Source: a virus. From it: 64,000 bases of DNA. A program made the translations under genes and the position numbers. The notes beneath the pieces are model-generated. The model saw only the letters and a list, made by a program, of their open reading frames with translations. It was not told the DNA's origin and ran no database searches. The stretch covers positions 1 through 64,000 of IMG/VR virus record IMGVR_UViG_3300045988_176357; one strand, 5' to 3'. Positions 17,160-27,200 of the stretch are shown piece after piece (the first letter of the stretch is position 1; each line of letters opens with the position of its first letter).

Positions 17160-18533
17160 TCATGATACTCCGATTTCCTGCATCAGCCATGCTATATTGT
17201 AGGTGTCATCAATGGCATAATCATAGATTCTTGCACGCGTGATACACGCATACAAATTGCGCCACGAACCACTCCAGGTATAATTGCCGAAGTTGAAACT
17301 ATAGGAGCTTGATAGGGTTAGAGACTTACTGGCACTTGTCTTCAATGTTCCATTTATATATAGTTTACACATGCCGTCCGTCGTGTATGTCACTAAAATG
17401 TGATACCACGTGTCAAGCTGTAACTCTTGTGTAACACCAATTAAAGAGTTACCTTCTTTCGTGCTCATCGTTATTGATGTGCCGTTAACCTGCAATCCCA
17501 ATCCATTGTATCCGTCATTGCTGCCATAAAAGAAAATCAGTTTGTTTTCCATCGTTTGTGTAAGACGCAATCCAAAAGAAATACTGATTTCGTGATTACC
17601 ATTCGGCAATGTACTATCTTTATCCCAATGTAAATAACCTGAATTAAGTACTGCTGTGGGAACACCGTCAACAGTGGAAAAGCTTACATTGCCTTCATTG
17701 CCTGTTGTAATACTTCCCGGATTTATCTCTATACTGTTATCCGTCATCAAAGGCACATAAAATACCGGGAGTGCTGGTTCAACGGCAAGGCTGCTGTAAA
17801 GAACGGCGACACGCACAGAACATGTGCTGTCATATATCATTCCGACTTGCGGAGTCATCCCGCTGTAAACCAGTCCTTCCGTGAGATCATCGCTGATCGT
17901 GTAACCGTTATCCCCCCACACCGCCTTGTAGCCGCTCCATGTCTTTGCGGTATCGTATGGGGTCAATACAAGGTCAGGATAGGCGTATGGGCTTGTATTG
18001 TTTTGCCAGCTCGTCACTTCCCACGGGTTGTCAGGGACCGTCGTCATGACTGAACGTATTTTCATTGTGTCCGAAGCTACATCGAATATGCACCAACGAT
18101 CTATCCCAGCAGTTGCGTTAGTATTCCTGATTTCCCATACGCCATCGGAAGTTCTCCATGTTCTGTTTTTCCCTGTGGCAGTCGCATCCACAATTGTATA
18201 CGTGCCATTGCATCCGTAAGCTGTATCACCAGTTACCTCGATAACAGCCCCAGATACTCCCGGTGTTACGCTGGCGCACTTGTAATACCCCGCCGAGGTG
18301 CCGCCGGAGCTCTCCAGCGTCCCTACAATGCCGTAGATGCTTACACCGGATTTGATGTTCTCCCCCAGCAGGTTGGCGTCTCCTGCGACCTTCACGGCTT
18401 TTGGCAGGTAGATTCCTTCAGCGGTTGATAATACTTTATCTTCAACGCCCGGTATAATCAGGCTTGAGCCGGTATAAGAGCTTATCGTGCCGGTGATTTT
18501 TTCACCGTTGACATAGGCTGTCTTACCGCTCAA
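17160..18533 (-). CDS. receptor-binding / tail fiber protein with C-terminal LamG (concanavalin-like lectin) domain
   Basis: Standard-code ORF. N-terminal SGGTSAGYYKCASV and TWSGYKAVWG modules are shared with the TAG-recoded gene 39679..40740. C-terminus is LamG-like. Start uncertain: TTG in track and no upstream ATG before TGA. Confidence 0.65.
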   Translation of the reverse strand: MSGKTAYVNGEKITGTISSYTGSSLIIPGVEDKVLSTAEGIYLPKAVKVAGDANLLGENIKSGVSIYGIVGTLESSGGTSAGYYKCASVTPGVSGAVIEVTGDTAYGCNGTYTIVDATATGKNRTWRTSDGVWEIRNTNATAGIDRWCIFDVASDTMKIRSVMTTVPDNPWEVTSWQNNTSPYAYPDLVLTPYDTAKTWSGYKAVWGDNGYTISDDLTEGLVYSGMTPQVGMIYDSTCSVRVAVLYSSLAVEPALPVFYVPLMTDNSIEINPGSITTGNEGNVSFSTVDGVPTAVLNSGYLHWDKDSTLPNGNHEISISFGLRLTQTMENKLIFFYGSNDGYNGLGLQVNGTSITMSTKEGNSLIGVTQELQLDTWYHILVTYTTDGMCKLYINGTLKTSASKSLTLSSSYSFNFGNYTWSGSWRNLYACITRARIYDYAIDDTYNIAWLMQEIGVS

Positions 18534-18709
18534 GATATCGCCCGCCCCAGCCGTGGCGTCTGTGGTGTCCGTGCCGCCTGATTCGATGCCGCCAATAGCA
18601 TTCGCACATTGGTACAGCGTGGAGTCCTGCGACAGGCTGCCGCCTTTATTGTTGATCGCCGTCCATACTTGTCAAAATATCATTCAAAGCCATAAATAAC
18701 CTCCTCAAG

Positions 18710-19642
18710 TTAAGCTGTTGTTACTGTCCATCCACGCTCAATAAGTGTCTGTTTATCTATTAATCCCTGACCAGTTGGTGGAGCTGATATTTCCTGATAG
18801 TTTATGTCCAAAGTTCCATTGGTTTTCGCATTCGAGACAAGCGATGCCAGTATATTATTCACAACATCAGAGGTAAATTTGTTAGAGTAGGCGGCAAGGT
18901 ATTTTAATGCTGTGTTTTGCGCTATATTCAGCATAGTTAAACCGTTGTTATTGCACGCTAACGTTACGAGGTTTGCATTATTACTGATATCAAGAGCTGA
19001 CAAAGCGTTCCCCTTACAATCCAGTGAAGTTAATGTGGGACATAAACTTATGTCGATGGATGTTAATGTGCTAGTCGTACAATTCAATGTCGTAACTGTT
19101 CCTTGTATCGTTGTTGTTCCTGCTGACAAGGTAAATTCAGCAGGGAATTCCGTATAGGTCTGTGAGGCGGATCCATTTGTTACAATGACAGAGCCTGTTG
19201 CATTGATTGCGACTTTACTTTGTCCTTGTGATCCGCTTTCTGATACGAGTGTAATTATTTCATCTCCTGATTCTCCGCCGCTGCCGCCTCCTGTCGGCGT
19301 CCCTATGATCGCCATTGCGGCGGATTCAAATGCGGATGTGTCGCCGCCGGAAGCATACGCCGGTTCAGCCTTTCCTGTATTGAATATCTTGGCTGCATAG
19401 CTCTCTGCTGTTCCGTTCGCCATTGCCGATGTGCCGCTGAATTCCAGAGGCTGCACTTTCAGTCCGGTACTGTCAGATACCAGCACACCAACCTCAAGTC
19501 CGTTCTCTATGGTCTGCACAGCTGCGGCAATGTCCATGAGGCTGTAAGGAGAAGCAACAGCGGCTCCCTTAGCTTCAGTCGCGCTCTTCAGTTTATTCCT
19601 GGCAAAGTCCAACGCATTGTATATATTGTCACTCTTAGACAT
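18710..19642 (-). CDS. leucine-rich-repeat (LRR) protein, probable receptor-binding accessory protein
   Basis: LRR units LTSIDISLCPTLTSLDCKGNALSALDISNNANLVTLACNNNGLTMLNI. Standard code. Start overlaps the stop of the upstream aaRS-like gene. Confidence 0.7.
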   Translation of the reverse strand: MSKSDNIYNALDFARNKLKSATEAKGAAVASPYSLMDIAAAVQTIENGLEVGVLVSDSTGLKVQPLEFSGTSAMANGTAESYAAKIFNTGKAEPAYASGGDTSAFESAAMAIIGTPTGGGSGGESGDEIITLVSESGSQGQSKVAINATGSVIVTNGSASQTYTEFPAEFTLSAGTTTIQGTVTTLNCTTSTLTSIDISLCPTLTSLDCKGNALSALDISNNANLVTLACNNNGLTMLNIAQNTALKYLAAYSNKFTSDVVNNILASLVSNAKTNGTLDINYQEISAPPTGQGLIDKQTLIERGWTVTTA

Positions 19643-20705
19643 GATGTATCCTTAATCTTTCAACAGCTTCTTCTTTACCTATAGCCTGCAGCACTGTATT
19701 GAGGTCGAGCGAATACGGGCTTCCGCACAGTGATTTCCTTGCAGCTCCGTATGCTTCCTTCCTGTCAAGCTTCTGTGCAGCTATCCATGCATCCACAGGC
19801 TTCTCACAGTCGAGGTACTTAATAAGACCCTCACATGAAATATGTTCCGGTCTTTCCCACAGATACCTGAACTGCACAGCGTCTTCTCCGCACCTTACAT
19901 GCTGCTTTATATACTGCCAGTACATGCCGCTTCCAGGCACACACGCCTCGCACACATCAGCACTCATATAGTCCCTGTTCATAGCCTTCAACTTCTTCAG
20001 ATCCATATGCGCAGGACTTTTATTGTTGCCTATGCTCAGCAGATACTTGTACAGGCACTCAGGCAGAATGCCCATATCCAGCACCTTCCCTACAGTGCCC
20101 GCACGATCTCTCTTGCTGAGAGGCTTCCCGTCGTCGCCGAGTATCATGGACATCGATCTGTACTCAGGAGCCTTGCATCCCATGGCTTCATACAGTGCAA
20201 TCTGCTTGCAGGTGTTGAACACATGGTCGTTGCCTCTGATGACAATAAGCTCTCCGAGTTCCATGAGAAGTGAATCATCCACGGCGTTGGCAAAGATGAA
20301 TGATGGCTCACCGTTGCTTCTGATGCATACAAACGGTTCCCAGGAGCTGTAGATGTTGCCCTGCACCTTGTCCTTGTAAGATGCTTCGCCTGCAGGAAAC
20401 CATATGGCACCATCCTTCTCAAACATCTTTCCCTTGCTCACAAGGTCTTTGGCTATGGAGATATGAAGTTCCTTGTTGTCGGACTGCCTGTATATCCTGT
20501 CAGGTTCCATGCCCATGCGCTTCATCGTGCCTATGATGCGTTCCGTGCACGCAGGTACCAGGCGGTCGTTGGCTGTGTCTTCTACTCGAAGTACAAAGAT
20601 CCCGTGCTCCCTGCGTGCAAGGTCATGGTTCAGTGCTGCCATGCGAAGGTTGCCTATGTGGATGTCGTCGCCGGTAGGCGAAGGTGCGAATCGTGTGACT
20701 GTCAT
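19635..20705 (-). CDS. class I aminoacyl-tRNA synthetase catalytic core of the GluRS/GlnRS family (GluQ-RS-like, no anticodon-binding domain)
   Basis: TRFAPSPTGDDIHIGNLRMAALNHDLARREHGIFVLRVEDTANDR aligns to the GluRS HIGH region. FANAVDDSLLMELGELIVIRGNDH and GDDGKPLSKRD match the KMSKS motif. 356 aa, standard code. Confidence 0.8.
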   Translation of the reverse strand: MTVTRFAPSPTGDDIHIGNLRMAALNHDLARREHGIFVLRVEDTANDRLVPACTERIIGTMKRMGMEPDRIYRQSDNKELHISIAKDLVSKGKMFEKDGAIWFPAGEASYKDKVQGNIYSSWEPFVCIRSNGEPSFIFANAVDDSLLMELGELIVIRGNDHVFNTCKQIALYEAMGCKAPEYRSMSMILGDDGKPLSKRDRAGTVGKVLDMGILPECLYKYLLSIGNNKSPAHMDLKKLKAMNRDYMSADVCEACVPGSGMYWQYIKQHVRCGEDAVQFRYLWERPEHISCEGLIKYLDCEKPVDAWIAAQKLDRKEAYGAARKSLCGSPYSLDLNTVLQAIGKEEAVERLRIHHV

Positions 20706-20764
20706 TGTGCCTCCTTTTGGACTTATTCTAGGCGCTGTCAGGAGGACGTAAACAGCTAAATAGT

Positions 20765-20840
20765 GCGCATATTTATGGCATAATAAAGTGAAGGAGGATC
20801 TTAGCAGTCAGGCGAGGTGCCTGGCGGGATCCTCCAACAC
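20765..20840 (+). repeat. direct repeat copy 2 (remnant 3' end of gene 14105..14581 plus hairpin)
   Basis: gcgcatatttatggcataataaagtgaaggaggat (34/35 identical), then ggaggatc..gatcctcc. Encodes ..TAK-CAYLWHNKVKEDL. Confidence 0.6.
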
Positions 20841-20861
20841 TTTCAACGAAAGGAGTCCGGA

Positions 20862-21095
20862 GTGGACACTATAGTTGATATCGTAAAGCAAGCAGAAGAA
20901 AAATAGCTTGCGCTTGCCAGAGCGCACAACGAGAATCTGAGACAGCAACTTGCAGCAACTGAAAAGGAACTGCGTGACAACTGGTTTCAGATTCTTCGGC
21001 TACAGTATCGTATAGATATGCTGGTGGGTTCAGCTATTGTTGCAGTTATCAGCATGATTGCCATCATTGCAGCTTACTTCATGTTTGCCCATTGA
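20862..21095 (+). CDS. small coiled-coil plus C-terminal TM protein with an in-frame TAG
   Basis: GTG start after RBS aaaggag. ..VKQAEEK-TAG-LALARAHNENLRQQL..VGSAIVAVISMIAIIAAYFMFAH. Position and architecture parallel the ORF at 14622. Confidence 0.3.
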
Positions 21096-21342
21096 GCACT
21101 AAAAAGACCCGTATGGTTGCTGCCATACGGGTCCAAACAGAAAGGTTCTCTTGTGATAAAGGAAATGTCTCTGCTGTTGCACAGCTCCAGAACAGTTGTG
21201 CAGTTCATTGAAGTTCGATAGTAGATCGAGCTTCTCCTCAACAAGGAACTGTCTTATTGTACATCCGACAGTGACAAAATCAAAGTACTGAAGAAGTGCA
21301 TTGACTGTCTGTTGCTGAAAGATTACATACAGTAAGCAAGCA

Positions 21343-21376
21343 GGGGCCGCAATGGCCCCTTGAGTTTTCTTTTTAC
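21343..21376. terminator. bidirectional terminator (same hairpin family as 17037)
   Basis: caggggccgcaatggccccttgagttttcttttt. Confidence 0.7.
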
Positions 21377-21439
21377 TATGCAGTGGAAGACGGCAGCAGT
21401 CCCTTCTGTCCTTTATGCAGTGTGTACATATTGGCCTTC

Positions 21440-22174
21440 TTATTCCGTTGTATTGGTACCATAGAATGCGTTGACTGCGTTTGTCACGTTGGGAAGCTTC
21501 GCCAGGAACGCAGAGCGGGAGCCTGTCACTGTTCCGGGCGAGTTGCCTGAACCGGCGTTGTAGAACATGGACATTATATTTCTTACTTCTGTCCAGCCTC
21601 CTTCAGGCGCATTGGCTGTGAGGTCATCAAGGTTGATTACAGCCAACAGAGTATTGTCAAATGCTGATACAAGACTTCCAGTGAGTCCAGCCGGAAGCCT
21701 TGTAAGCGGCAGCGTAGCTTTGGTGCAGCCTTTGAACATGGAACTTGCTGCAGTCATCCCCTTGGGAAGTTCTGAGAAGTTAAACAATGCATTGGTGCAG
21801 CCTTCGAACATGTTAGTGCCATTTGTAATGTTCCCCAGCGCATCCCAGTTGCCGTTGGCATCATATACAAGTGGTGCGTATGTGCCATGGTATCCGAACA
21901 TACATCTATAGCAGTCCGCCTTAATTCTTATTGTGTACGTTCCAGCTGCAGCATAAGTGTGCGTGAGTCTGGTGCCGCTCGCAGTCGCATCCTGCGGCGC
22001 TCCGTCGCCCCAGTCAACAACCTTACAGTAACCGCCAGTGTTCCAATAAGGAGTGAAACCATAGGTGAGCGAGTTGCCAAGGATTCCGGGCTTCACAACA
22101 AGCTCGAAGTAAGGTCCAAGATTGGAGCCCATCGGATCCAGCGGATAAGGTATTGCAGACATCGGTATCTCCAT
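21440..22174 (-). CDS. BspA-type LRR / PKD-like surface-binding protein
   Basis: Standard-code ORF. PKD-like GDGAPQDATASGTRLTHTYAAAGTYTIRIKA. BspA-like FEGCTNALFNFSELPKGMTAASSMFKGCTKATL. Confidence 0.65.
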   Translation of the reverse strand: MEIPMSAIPYPLDPMGSNLGPYFELVVKPGILGNSLTYGFTPYWNTGGYCKVVDWGDGAPQDATASGTRLTHTYAAAGTYTIRIKADCYRCMFGYHGTYAPLVYDANGNWDALGNITNGTNMFEGCTNALFNFSELPKGMTAASSMFKGCTKATLPLTRLPAGLTGSLVSAFDNTLLAVINLDDLTANAPEGGWTEVRNIMSMFYNAGSGNSPGTVTGSRSAFLAKLPNVTNAVNAFYGTNTTE

Positions 22175-22381
22175 AATTAAAGCTGTTTGACATTACAGTA
22201 TATACAGTACGATATACGTAACATCTCATGCATATAACGTATGTGCACACGTCCGGCAGGACAAGGCATCAGTGTGTACACGCATGAGAAGCACAATAAG
22301 GGTACAAATACGCGGAGCGTATCAGTACACTGGAGTGCCTGATCTGTGGCACTTTCTAGCGGCACATCCGAGGATACCACT

Positions 22382-23974
22382 ATGCGGGACTTATGGAATA
22401 CAGGCACCGAAGACTCTCCAATACTGCAGGGACAGGCAGGGAAACCCTTTTATCACTAGAAAGGTCCAAAGCTCAAGTTTCCCGACAACCCGGACAACAT
22501 CGTCGATAACAGCTGCTACTGCAGATATCCTTATATGCGCTATTTTTGGATCTACGCGAAAGTAGACTAGCAGACCCAGCAGCTGGACTTCTTCAGATTG
22601 TCCTTTCCTCAGGAAGCTCAGCAGGGCGACTGGTATGCGAACTACAGCATACAGCGTGCATAGGGCTGGCAGTGGGAAGTCATATAGCAGTACCACTATG
22701 CAGGGTGCGCAGCTCACAGAACCGATGTCGGCATATGGCAGACAGTACCTCTGTTCCCCTATGCCCAGCAGTGCGATGACGAGGACGACGAATAGATACC
22801 GATAAGCAACCTCACCTTCCCTAGCCCCTTGTATATAGGCTCCAAAGATGAGACCACAACTCAAGGGGGGCAACAGGTTGACACTCCATGCAGGAAGAAC
22901 ACAGGACCTGCTTCCCTTATGCGAATGCTTGTCTGTTCCTACAAGTGCTGCAACAATGTGCAGGGCTGCGGAACATAGGTAACCAATGACGACGATCCTC
23001 TGATCTGTCCTCCTGCAGGCAACTTCTGTTAGGCGTAGTTCAACGTCTCCTGGGAATATGACAAAGATGGCGCACAGAAGTTCTCATATGTGTCCATGCC
23101 ACTTAATGTGACATGCGGCTAGTGTCACCATCCCTAGCGCACAGATATCCTTTCCTGCACAACAGCCAGAATAAGGCTCTTCGGATAGCGCCTTGCTTTA
23201 GATGACTACAGCGTGTAGTCATGTGAGTAGTGCTGCAGGAAACTTAGGGACAGGGTGCTGTAGATGAAACCTCCTGTTGTGGACTGCAGAATATACAGGC
23301 TGTACGAATACCCAAAGGTGCCGCATGAAGATCCCGAAATAGGATGCACATGGGGAGAACCTGTTCTTGTATAGACTGCATAGGACTGGGCGCGTGTTCC
23401 ATATCAGATAGTCGGCAAGGGAGACGGCTGCCTTCCGCAGGGAGCGCATCAGCTGGACTATGTTCTCATATGCGACCAGACGAGCATGCAGGTAGTGGCA
23501 TATCAGTGGGTATAGTCAGCCGATTGCAATACCTAGCCCGATCCTCCGACAGACGGTCCTGTAGGATAGAGCACAAAAGGAACATAGTGCGACTGCGAGC
23601 CTATGCAGCAGGGCCAGTTCTTCCTTGATTAGGGATCGACACACGGTGACCGCAGCAATGAAGACCCTCCGTGCAACATTCCCGATGCTCCTCCATACAA
23701 GTACAGAAAGCTCAGCTCCAGCTGGCCTGCTCCATAGTTCGAACATACTCCGTTCGAGATCTACAGAGTCCGCCTTATAACGGACGGAGGCACAGGCTCC
23801 AACTAGAAGAGCTGCGGCATGTACCAGATGTAGACCGATGACAGCGGAAACATTCAGTGGCAGCGTGTCGCCAGTCACATGTACGACTATTAGATACTGT
23901 AGAACGGGTACATGGACAAGCTGGAGACGAGGTTCACATAGGAATAGGGTTCTTCTTATTATTACACTATAGTA
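22382..23974 (+). CDS. Cys-rich protein (TAG-recoded, about 35 in-frame TAG)
   Basis: Frame 2 is free of TAA/TGA from TGA 22340 to TAA 23972. First ATG is at 22382. Traced by coordinates. Confidence 0.5.
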
Positions 23975-24208
23975 AGGCAGGGCTGTGAGCCATAGGTGAA
24001 CTAGCAGGACAAGAGCCCGTTCGGCGACGACTGGCTGTAGGGACCTGCGGACAAGAACTGTTCCACATACTTCGCAACATACTGGAATCCGCAGGACGAC
24101 TGCAGCGGCAACACATAGAACCCGCCGCACACCACCGGCTGCACCAAATGGGACAGGCTCGGTCCGTTCAACTTCTCTCAGCTGAGTTCCCTCGGTCTGA
24201 TACCCGAC

Positions 24209-27200
24209 ATGTGGATACCTTATCAGTATGCATAGAACAAGTGGGGATACAAGTACATAAGAAGCAGCGGCGACGATTTCGGCTTCTGCGAGGATCCTCC
24301 TGCGCCGCCCAATATACAGAACGGTTTCTTTGTCATATCCATGTGGGCGCCTGACTGCGACTCATGCGGCAATGTGAACGGCTATCATGAACCATAGAGC
24401 TACAGACCTTAGCCGCAGTGTGCAATGATACAGCCCAATCTGTGCGAGGATCCGGTGCTTTAGCCGCTCGGCACAGGTTATCACCTGCACGTCACATCAA
24501 CATCTCAGGATTCGGATGTCACAGTAAGTCACAACTACTATCCTGTCGAGGACCAGAACGGCTATAACTGCACGATATCGCAGCAATAGGCAATGAAGTA
24601 CGAGTGCAATCTCGTATATGTCGTGTTCTCGGACAAGTTCGTCGACTACTGTCCGAGGTTCGAAGGCGGAATTGTGTTCAAGCCTGAAGACTCCACTCCC
24701 TATACGATATCCGGAGATGCATAGCCAGGCACATAGATAGAGGTCCAGTATGGATCTCAGAAGATCCTGGCCACAGTGCTGGCTGTGAACATGGATGCGG
24801 ACTACTGGTAGTAGCAATTCAAGGATGCGCAGATACAGTTCGATCCTTACTGCTGTGCCAGATACTACTATTACTATGTCAAAGTCCCATTGAAGGATCT
24901 GAACTAGCTTCCCTGTGTCAATCCGGACATGCAATGGCAGTTCGCAGGAAAGATTCCGTAGGCGTAGTTCATTCACTAGTGGATGTAGACGGACGTTTGG
25001 CTGTATGTGCAGCAGGAGAATACATAGCCGTATGCCATATTATGGAAAGCCGTATAGGAGAAGCTGTAGGGTGATGACCTCAAGATCACCGCAGCCATAA
25101 CAGGACAACATGTAAAAGATCCTGGCGTCGGCGCATATCTTGTTTAGGGCTGGGGCGCATAGTGCGAAGGTGAACAGGGCACATTGTCCGGCACAACGCC
25201 TCCTTAGTCCTGGGAATCTTCATTGCAGCCCATATCCGCTCCCAGCGCCGATGTGTATTAGGCTGCCGCAGCGTATGCAGGTTCGCAGAAACAGGACAGC
25301 TATACATAGTACTGCAAGACATATGACACTACAGCTGACTGTCAGCCCGCAGGTTCATAGGAAGTCTGCGCCACGTATGAAGACCCTGCAGTCTCGGGTC
25401 TGTACGCATTCAATGCTGCCACAGGCTAGTATGTGCAGGTCACAAGAAATGTTCCATAGGGCTTCTGCTAGGTCTTCTATTAGGAAGTCGCTGCCAAGTA
25501 CTGGTGTGTCCTCGGTTCAGATTTCAGGTACAACAGCAAGCCTGTGTACTATTCAGGCGTGCGCACTGAACAGGGCACGCCAAAGCTGATTTCCTTCGCA
25601 GGTACAGAATTGCAGGTATAGGAAACGACGCTGTAGCTGTAGAGCTGCTAGATCACAATTCAGTTCCCACTTACAGTGTACCCCGCGAAGAAGAACTTTG
25701 AGTAGCAGCTGAAGAACACAGAGCTGCAATTCGACTAGAACTGCTGTAACACATTCTCGTATTTCGGCTACAGCTACAGTTGCTCTTAGTTCTATCGGGG
25801 TGAAGGCCATTGCGGAGAGCCATGGCATTGGCCGACCAGGGACACATCTCAGTGTGCATCAAAGTGGTACTATATGGGAAAGATGCCGATGGCCACCTTC
25901 TACAGGAAATACCTTGCGCTTAACTGCTGGGTTCCTTTTGCTCCTTCCTCTGAGGACGACATCGGAGAAATCAGCTATTTCGTACAGGTTTCAGACAGCT
26001 CCAATTTCTGTTAGCCTGCGCCGCAACATGATGTCCCTCCATATATTTTAGGGCAGTGGTTGACGACTATCTAGCCTGATAAATGTGTGAATGGAGTTCC
26101 TGTAAAAGATGTATAGCAGTGTGTGCTTAATTATGCTCCTCCGCATTTATCGCCTTTTTAGGCCATGCCTCTGCTGATTGCAGCCGGTTGTACATGGCCG
26201 TATGAGTTCCAATCTTGTGATCCCGTCTATTGCATGGGTAACCGGGTGCTGCCCGGTGGTCTGTGGAGCCCGAATGAAGGCCTGGGCGGAAAGATACTTA
26301 TAGATTCACCTGATAACTGCTGCTCTGCATATTTCGTACGGAAGGACGTTACGTTATTCGGCGTAGCCATTAACTTTCCAGAGGCGAAAGGATACTTCAC
26401 AGGCAGGTTTGATACAGATACAGGATATCCGATATTCATCAATTTTGATGCTCCTCAGAATTCAGCCTCATCCAGGACAATACAGAAGGTGAACATAGAC
26501 GGCTCCGATGTGCGTTATATATTGTAGGAATACCCAAGATCGTATACAGAGCCGTCTTTATGCGGAAGAAGGATAGAGTTTCACCGGAGCTGCCTGCCAC
26601 AGGTCAAGTTCACATTGTTCTATTTGTAGTACTTGCCGTGCAAGCCTTATCCGACTCAGTACACAAAAGGCGATACGCAGACGCCGTAGTGGACATAGGT
26701 GCCGAAGGATCCCTGCGGTATCGATAAGATCTCCAACATTCCTGCAGGCGGCTGGTATGCCAAACCGAATCCCACAGCGGATGACGATCACGATCCGTAG
26801 CCGCTCGATCCCTGCGAGCCCTGGTACTGGGTTGTTCCTGTATGGCACTGTGAGGATGAGTAGCCTGCGGCTCCGACAACATTCCCGTAGGATCCTCCGA
26901 CATGGTAGTGCTGCCGCCAGATATACGTGTACTATCAGAAGATCAGCCCCGGAGATAAGCGGAAAGAGTACGATTCACAGGGCAACCTGATACAGAAGAA
27001 CTATTGCGACGTCCCTTGTGATGTCGACGGTAACGGCGTCGCAACATGGGCTCTTTCCGGTCCATATGTTCTGTACGTATAGGAGTGTCCTGATACACAT
27101 GACGGCATAAAGGAATAGGACATCCCGGGAGACGGCTTCTACTTGTCCACAGATATCACGCAGGGTTTCGGAGGTGCTGTGCCTGTACAGGACGGCTAGC

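Noticed and set aside
23516-24130. Minus-strand 204-codon ORF
   Set aside because: It overlaps two plus-strand recoded genes and is Arg/Val/Leu-rich, which is typical of an antisense artifact.
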